Part shown: positions 58,711-64,000 of the stretch, in pieces
How the letters are laid out: each line of letters begins with the position of its first letter
How positions within the stretch are numbered: the stretch's first letter is position 1
Assembly: GCA_964291215.2 (NCBI GenBank)
Contig: OZ219790.1
Span: 192,001 to 256,000, forward strand
Length of the DNA: 64,000 bases
Source of the DNA: Alphaproteobacteria bacterium
Lineage (GTDB): Bacteria; Pseudomonadota; Alphaproteobacteria; MPNO01; UBA830
Direction of reading: 5' to 3'
The notes under the pieces: generated by a model
The model's input: the letters and a program-made list of their open reading frames with translations, nothing else
What the model was told of the DNA's origin: nothing
Databases searched by the model: none
Translations under genes and position numbers: made by a program

Positions 58711-60834
58711 CGGAACCCGCCCCACCGGCAGATCCCCTTGACTGGATGCTGCTCACCACCGAAGGCGACGTCACCGCTGCCCTCGACACCGTCTCCTTCT
58801 GCGAAAGGCGATGGCTGATTGAAGGTAACTGCTCACCCCCTAGTTCCAGCTTGATGTCGGGGTAGAGCAACGAACGGGTTTTCGTGGAGATTTGACACTG
58901 CAGGCCGATTCGTTTAGTGGTGGTAATCGAGAACGACGGGGACCGCCATTGGGCTACTTTGGATCGAAGGCGACGAGCGGGCTGTGCCAGCTGCTTCCGG
59001 GGCTCCAGCCCCCGCATGATCTGTATGTGGAAACGCATCTCGGAAGCGGCGCGCTGATGAAGCGCAAGGCCGGGTGATGGCGACGGGCGGCGCGCGAGGA
59101 GTTCGAAGCGGCCAAGACCGCGGCGCTGCCGGCAAGGTGGCGGAAGAAGCCGTCATCCGCATCCTCGTCATCCTGCTCGACATCATCATCGTCGTCCTTC
59201 TGGAGAAGACCACGCACGAGCCGGAACTCCGGTCTGCCGCCGTCACAGACGGACAAGGACGAGAGCGTGCCGGGAGCAACGGCCCGAAGCCGAACCGGCA
59301 GATGGGCGACAACCTGCGCAAGATCATCGTCGAGGAGACGGTCGCGGCCTGCGACGCCTGCGGCGCCGACATCGACGGCCCCGTCGATCGGGAGCGCCGC
59401 ACGACATCGTGTTCGAGGTCGTCGAGCGCCGCGCCGAGATCAAGGAATGCCCGAAGTGCAAGGCCCGAACCAAGAGCCGGTTCCCCGATAACATCCCGTG
59501 CAGTACGGCATCGGCATCCAGGCCCTCGTTATCAACCTGCTGGTCGCCCAGATGCTGTCCCTGCGCCGTGCCGTCGCGCTCGTGCAGGCGATCTCCGGCA
59601 TCAAGCTCTCCGAGGCCTCAGCTATGCTTTCACGATGCGTCATGGGAGGAGGCCGCCGTGGCGCACCTCCTGCAACGCCCGATGTCGACGATTTCGGATC
59701 AACAGCAAGTGGCTCCATGTCGTGGGACCCTGACGTGCAAGTTCCCGCACCGCAAGCGCGGGCAAGAGATCGGCCCGTGCTACAAGGGCGTCCTGGGCCT
59801 CGTACATGGGCCAGTGTAGCCACCAGCTGTGCGGCAGCCACCTGCTGCGCGAATTGACCTTTGTCGTCGAGGCTACCGCTGGGCGCGACTGATGAAGAGC
59901 CCTGCTCCGCGAGGTCTGCCACAAGGTCAACAAGAGCGCATCCAAAACCCTGAACGACGCCGGGCCGTGCGCAAGCGCTACCGCACCATCAGGGCGCCAG
60001 GGAACTGCCCGATATCCCGACGAAAGGAAAACGTGGACGCAAGTCCGACGCGCACAAACTGCACGAACGTCTCGTGAAACACGAAAACCTGCGCTTCATA
60101 GACAACCCCGACGTCAGCTTCACCAACAATGCCGGAGAACAGAAGATCAGGATGGCAAAGCTCAAGGTGTCCGGATGCTTCCGCTCCACGCAAAAGCATG
60201 GTGCCGGGGCTCAAGCTACCTCACCTCCATGGCCGCACTCGGCTAGAATCATCACGTCGCAACCCAGATCGCCCTCGACGGAAAAGCCGCAGACATCATC
60301 AACGAGCACTACGACCAATCAGAACCCAACTAGGGGTGAGTAGATACCAGAAATGTTTCACAGCAAACGCCGTCAGGAAAAACGATTCGTGATCAGTAAG
60401 GGTGAGTAGATACGATTGAAGAATACTTCAAGGCCCTGAAGGTCGGCACACGGATCGAGGACCGGCCAGGCCGACGACCTGAGGAAGTGTCTGGCCTTCG
60501 ACGCGATCACCGCATGCCCCGTCATGACCGTCAAGCGTCTCGCACGCCGGCCAGCTACATCGTCCACCGCGACGAGGTCACGGTCCTGAACATCCACAAG
60601 TCCGTCAGACGACGCCAACCGCGTGGACCTCCCGATCCCGAACCGACCATCGAAGCCTTCGTCGTCGATGTCGCACGCTTGGCAGGCTTCATCCCCGGAA
60701 AGCGCCAACCCCTGCCGGGAACCGAGAAACTCTGGCAGGGATACCAACTCCTCCTCTACTTCGTCGAGCATCACAGAAAAATGCGGGAACACGATATGCA
60801 GAAATCAATGAACTCAATAGTGTCAGGTTGAAAG
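58711..60834 (+). mobile_element. IS4-family (IS50-like) transposase 3' part, interrupted by IS66 copy 3
   Basis: PLDWMLLTT..RRWLIE|EYFKALKVG across the insertion; VARLAGF..PLPGTEKLWQG. Confidence 0.82.
58825..60413 (+). mobile_element. IS66-family element copy 3 with a doubled right end
   Basis: TSD GATTGAAG at 58817-58824 and 60414-60421; IRR at 60333-60347 and again at 60400-60413. Confidence 0.9.
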
Positions 60835-60856
60835 GGGCCCGCTCCTCCTCAAGCCA

Positions 60857-61050
60857 CAGGAAGAGTTCCTGTTAACGGCTGATCCAGAATCCGCGTACTC
60901 TCGCTTCCGCGAACATTCATGCCTCGGCCCCTCTTCGGTTTCTTCCAGATCTCGAAGATGTCACCAATCGGCGCCATCAAGTCCCTCCTGTCTCTCAAAA
61001 AAACAGCCACGGCCAAAAAATCGCGGCACCCCTGCAATTTTGGACGAAGG
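60857..61050 (+). repeat. diverged ~190-bp direct repeat, copy A
   Basis: Shares GCTGATCC, CGTACTCTCGCTTCC, CTCTTCGGTTT, CAGATCTCG.AGAT and GCAATTTT with 63603-63795. Confidence 0.7.
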
Positions 61051-61239
61051 CCGCTTCGCGGCCATGGGTGCTTGTGATCGAGCACTGTGCTGAGCGATCG
61101 ATGTGAGTGGTTGTGTTGAGAGATCGTCGTTCCTGATGTTTCGATGATCTGATCGAGGCACCACACTTCCTGGTCTCCCGACTGTTCGGGAGGACCATCA
61201 ACCAGGGAGTGAGAGGCAAAGGAAGTTTCACCTCTGCGC

Positions 61240-61975
61240 CAGAAGACGATCGAGACGATGAAGGGTCTGTCGCACGCAGGAGAACTATCTGCGTGAGATT
61301 ACGATGTTCGACCTCCATACCGGACATCAGCTGGAGAGTCAGACGGGCGAGGCCTGGATCCTGGAGCGGAGGGTCTGGCGCCACGCACGACCAACGTCAC
61401 GGCGATCCGCCTGTTCTATGATAGTGTGCTCGGTCAGCCCGAGAAGGTCCTGCGTTGTCGCCGGGTTCCCGACCGCCTGCCGCGGACGATCCCGGAAGAG
61501 GATGTCGAGCACCTGATCCAGGCGATCTACGCTACCGCACGGCAACCGTTGTCGCCTACGGCGCTGCGCATCTCGGAAGTGGTGTCGCTGCAGGTCACGG
61601 ACATTCACCGTGAGCAAGGTCTCCTGCACATCCGCGAGGGCAAGAGCCACCACGAGCGCCTGCCTGCCGTGCTCAAGGAACCGGAGCGCTACTGGAACTG
61701 GCCACGTCCCCAAAGCTGGCTCTTCTACAGCCACACGCCCGATGCGCCGATCACCGTGAAAGGACTGCAGGCCGCCTTTCAAAGGACCAAGTCGGCCTCG
61801 ATCACGGGGTCACCTTTCACAGTCTGCGGCACCGCAACACATCTTCTCGAAAGAGGTGCGCCGCAGAGTGTCGTGCAGGACGTCCTGGGACACAAGTCCC
61901 CGGAGACAACCCGGGCCCGCACCACGAATGTTCCGCAACCACCCGGTGGAGGGGTTCCTGGCCGCCCCTTGACCC
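61240..61975 (+). pseudogene. tyrosine recombinase (phage integrase family), degenerate
   Basis: LRISEVVSLQVTDI, IREGK, ATHLLERG..VQDVLGHKSPETT; bounds approximate. Confidence 0.82.
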
Positions 61976-63045
61976 GTCCCCGGCGTGGCGGACATCATTC
62001 ACCACGCCCGGCTTCCGCGTCACCCACCCCGGACGCGCGCTCTCGTGCGAGGTGCTTGACCGCATCGCATCCTGTCTCGGCGGTCACCTCTACCAGTGCA
62101 CCCGCGCTTCCATGTCGCCTGGCACTCACCGTCACTGCCCCCAGGGCGCCGCGGCGCAGGCGGCGCGGCAGGCAGACCAGGTCCTGCCCTACTTCCACAT
62201 CGTCTTCACCCTGCCCAGATCGCCTTCCAGAACCGAAAGACTGCGTTCGACATCCTGTTCCGTTGTGCCGCCGACACCCTCAAGACCATCAGCGCCGACC
62301 CCCGACACTTCGCCGCTCACGTCGGCGGCACCGCCGTGCTCCATACCTGGAACCAGAAGATGGAGTGGCATCCCCACCTCCACTGCCTCGTTCCCAACGG
62401 CGGCTTCGATATCAACTCCAGAGCGTGGAAGGCGGAGTCCTCCCACTTCTTCGCACCAGTCCTCGCATGCTTCTTCCGCAACCGCTTCCTCGAAGAACTG
62501 GCCAAGCTCACCTTCCACGGCTCCATCGCCGACCGCAAGACCTTTGAGAAGGTGAAGCACGCACGATCGCCTGGAACGTCTACGAGGCCCTTCAACGGAC
62601 CCAAGGCCGTCATCCGATACCTCTCCCGATACACCCTCGCCATCTCCGACGCCCGCATCATCGCCTTCGACGGCTCAACCGTCACCATGCGTCACCGCAA
62701 GCCCGCCGAGAAGGCGAGAAGCCCACCTACGGCGCCATGCAACTCTCCGCCGACGCCTTCATCAGACGCTTCCTCCTGCATCGCCTGCCCAAAGGACTGC
62801 ACCGCATCCGGCACTTCGGCATCCTCGCCAACGGAGCCAAGACCCTCGACGCCGTGCGCTCGCTCACCAGCCCGACGCCAACGACGACGACACTACCACC
62901 GACACCAGGGTCTGCACCCACTGCGGCGCCCCCTTGCGGCTCGTTCTCGACTTCGGACGCAAGAGCCTCTCCCCCGAAAAACGCGCCCTTCTCGACGCCC
63001 TGCTCCGCCAACGCGGGCCTCCAACACCACAGCCGCCGCCATGAC
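61975..63045 (+). pseudogene. IS91-family HUH (Y2) transposase, degenerate
   Basis: YFHIVFTLP, HTWNQKMEWHPHLH (HUH), RYLSRYT, FIRRFLLH.LPKG..RIRHFGIL; bounds approximate. Confidence 0.85.
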
Positions 63046-63602
63046 CGCACCGACATCCCCGCAGCACAAACGGTGGGCGTACCGCCGCTCTGTGTCCTCA
63101 TGACAGCAGACTGTCGTCCACAGCCCTCCAGAACCCCATGCCAGGGCGACCGCACGCATCCCGCAGGCCCCTTCGTCACAGGCCGAACATCACGCCCCGA
63201 CGTCGGACAACACGCATCCTCGCGCGTCCGTAAACAACACCTCCTTCACACTTTCTGCATGTCGACACCGGGGCGGCGCGGCCTTCGTCCAAACCCGCTT
63301 AGTGACGGCGCTCCGGCCGTCACTAACCAGAATCTTGCCAGAACCTTGAGGTCTTTGACCACCGTTCAGGCTCGGTGGTATCATGTCGCCTATGATGAAT
63401 GACACCACACAAGACATCTTCGACCCGCTGCGGAGGCATCCGCATTCCCTGGCGATCCGGACATCCGTCTTGACGAATTCCGCTACATTGTCGAGCGGCA
63501 CTCGCATGGTACCGTTCACTCCTACGGCTGGTCGGTCGACGAGAACGAAGGGGCAGTTGGAAACGTGGTCGGGAAGCTGCCATTGAGCGGCTGAGGCAGT
63601 TC

Positions 63603-63795
63603 CAGGAAAGGCACTTGTTGACAGCTGATCCGGAGCCCACGTACTCTCGCTTCCAGGGACACGGGGGCTTCTGCTCCTCTTCGGTTTGTTACAGATCTCG
63701 GAGATATCGCGAATCGACGGCACCAAGTTCTCCTGCCTTCAAGAATTCGGCACAAGCCGAAAAAAACTCCGCCAGTTCCGCAATTTTCCAGGAAC
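63603..63795 (+). repeat. diverged ~190-bp direct repeat, copy B
   Basis: See copy A at 60857. Confidence 0.7.
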
Positions 63796-63841
63796 CTCCC
63801 GTGATACCGACATGTTGGAGAAAACCCGCCAGTGAACCGGC

Positions 63842-64000
63842 ATGAGTAACTGTTGCAGACAATCATCCGCGAAAGATCGGACGCGAACATCCGGTTCTCA
63901 GACCTGCGAGCCTTCATGCAGTATCTCGGATTTGGGTAGCGCATACGCGGGAGCTATCACCTTTTCGACAAGCCAGGTATCGTGGAAATTATCAACCTGC
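63842..64000 (+). pseudogene. hicA: HicA-family toxin pseudogene (runs off the window)
   Basis: SDANIRFSDL..LGFG*RIRGSYHLF.KPG..EIINL: internal TAG, and GSY where GSH is typical. Confidence 0.75.

Overview
High-GC bacterial chromosome segment; the core gene set and order suggest an alphaproteobacterium, and the IS load plus ankyrin/pentapeptide genes suggest a host-associated lineage (inference). Three zones. (1) 1-16.8 kb: an IS-riddled accessory region with ankyrin and pentapeptide-repeat genes, a tRNA 3' fragment, and a nested stack in which an IS66-family element contains a group II intron whose RT gene is split by a ~2-kb large-serine-recombinase (LSR) element. (2) 16.8-50.7 kb: intact core and metabolic genes (pgpA, cinA, ratA, lipA, lpdA, pdhCBA, ftsB, ppiD, tpiA, secG, pyrG, kdsA, eno), a cox-type molybdoenzyme cluster lacking its large subunit, and a putative N-heterocycle catabolic/ABC cluster. 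(3) 50.7-64 kb: a second mobile-element graveyard (IS630, IS5, MNT-HEPN TA pair, two more IS66 copies, IS256, a second group II intron, IS4, a tyrosine-recombinase/IS91-like pair, a hicA pseudogene). The top finding is the LSR element with a reconstructable symmetric 52-bp attP inserted exactly in the conserved PQG motif of a group II intron RT. Next are IS66 copies carrying a DNA adenine methyltransferase remnant, and microdeletions largely confined to repeated DNA, which may be an assembly artefact. All family assignments come from motif recognition; no database search was run.
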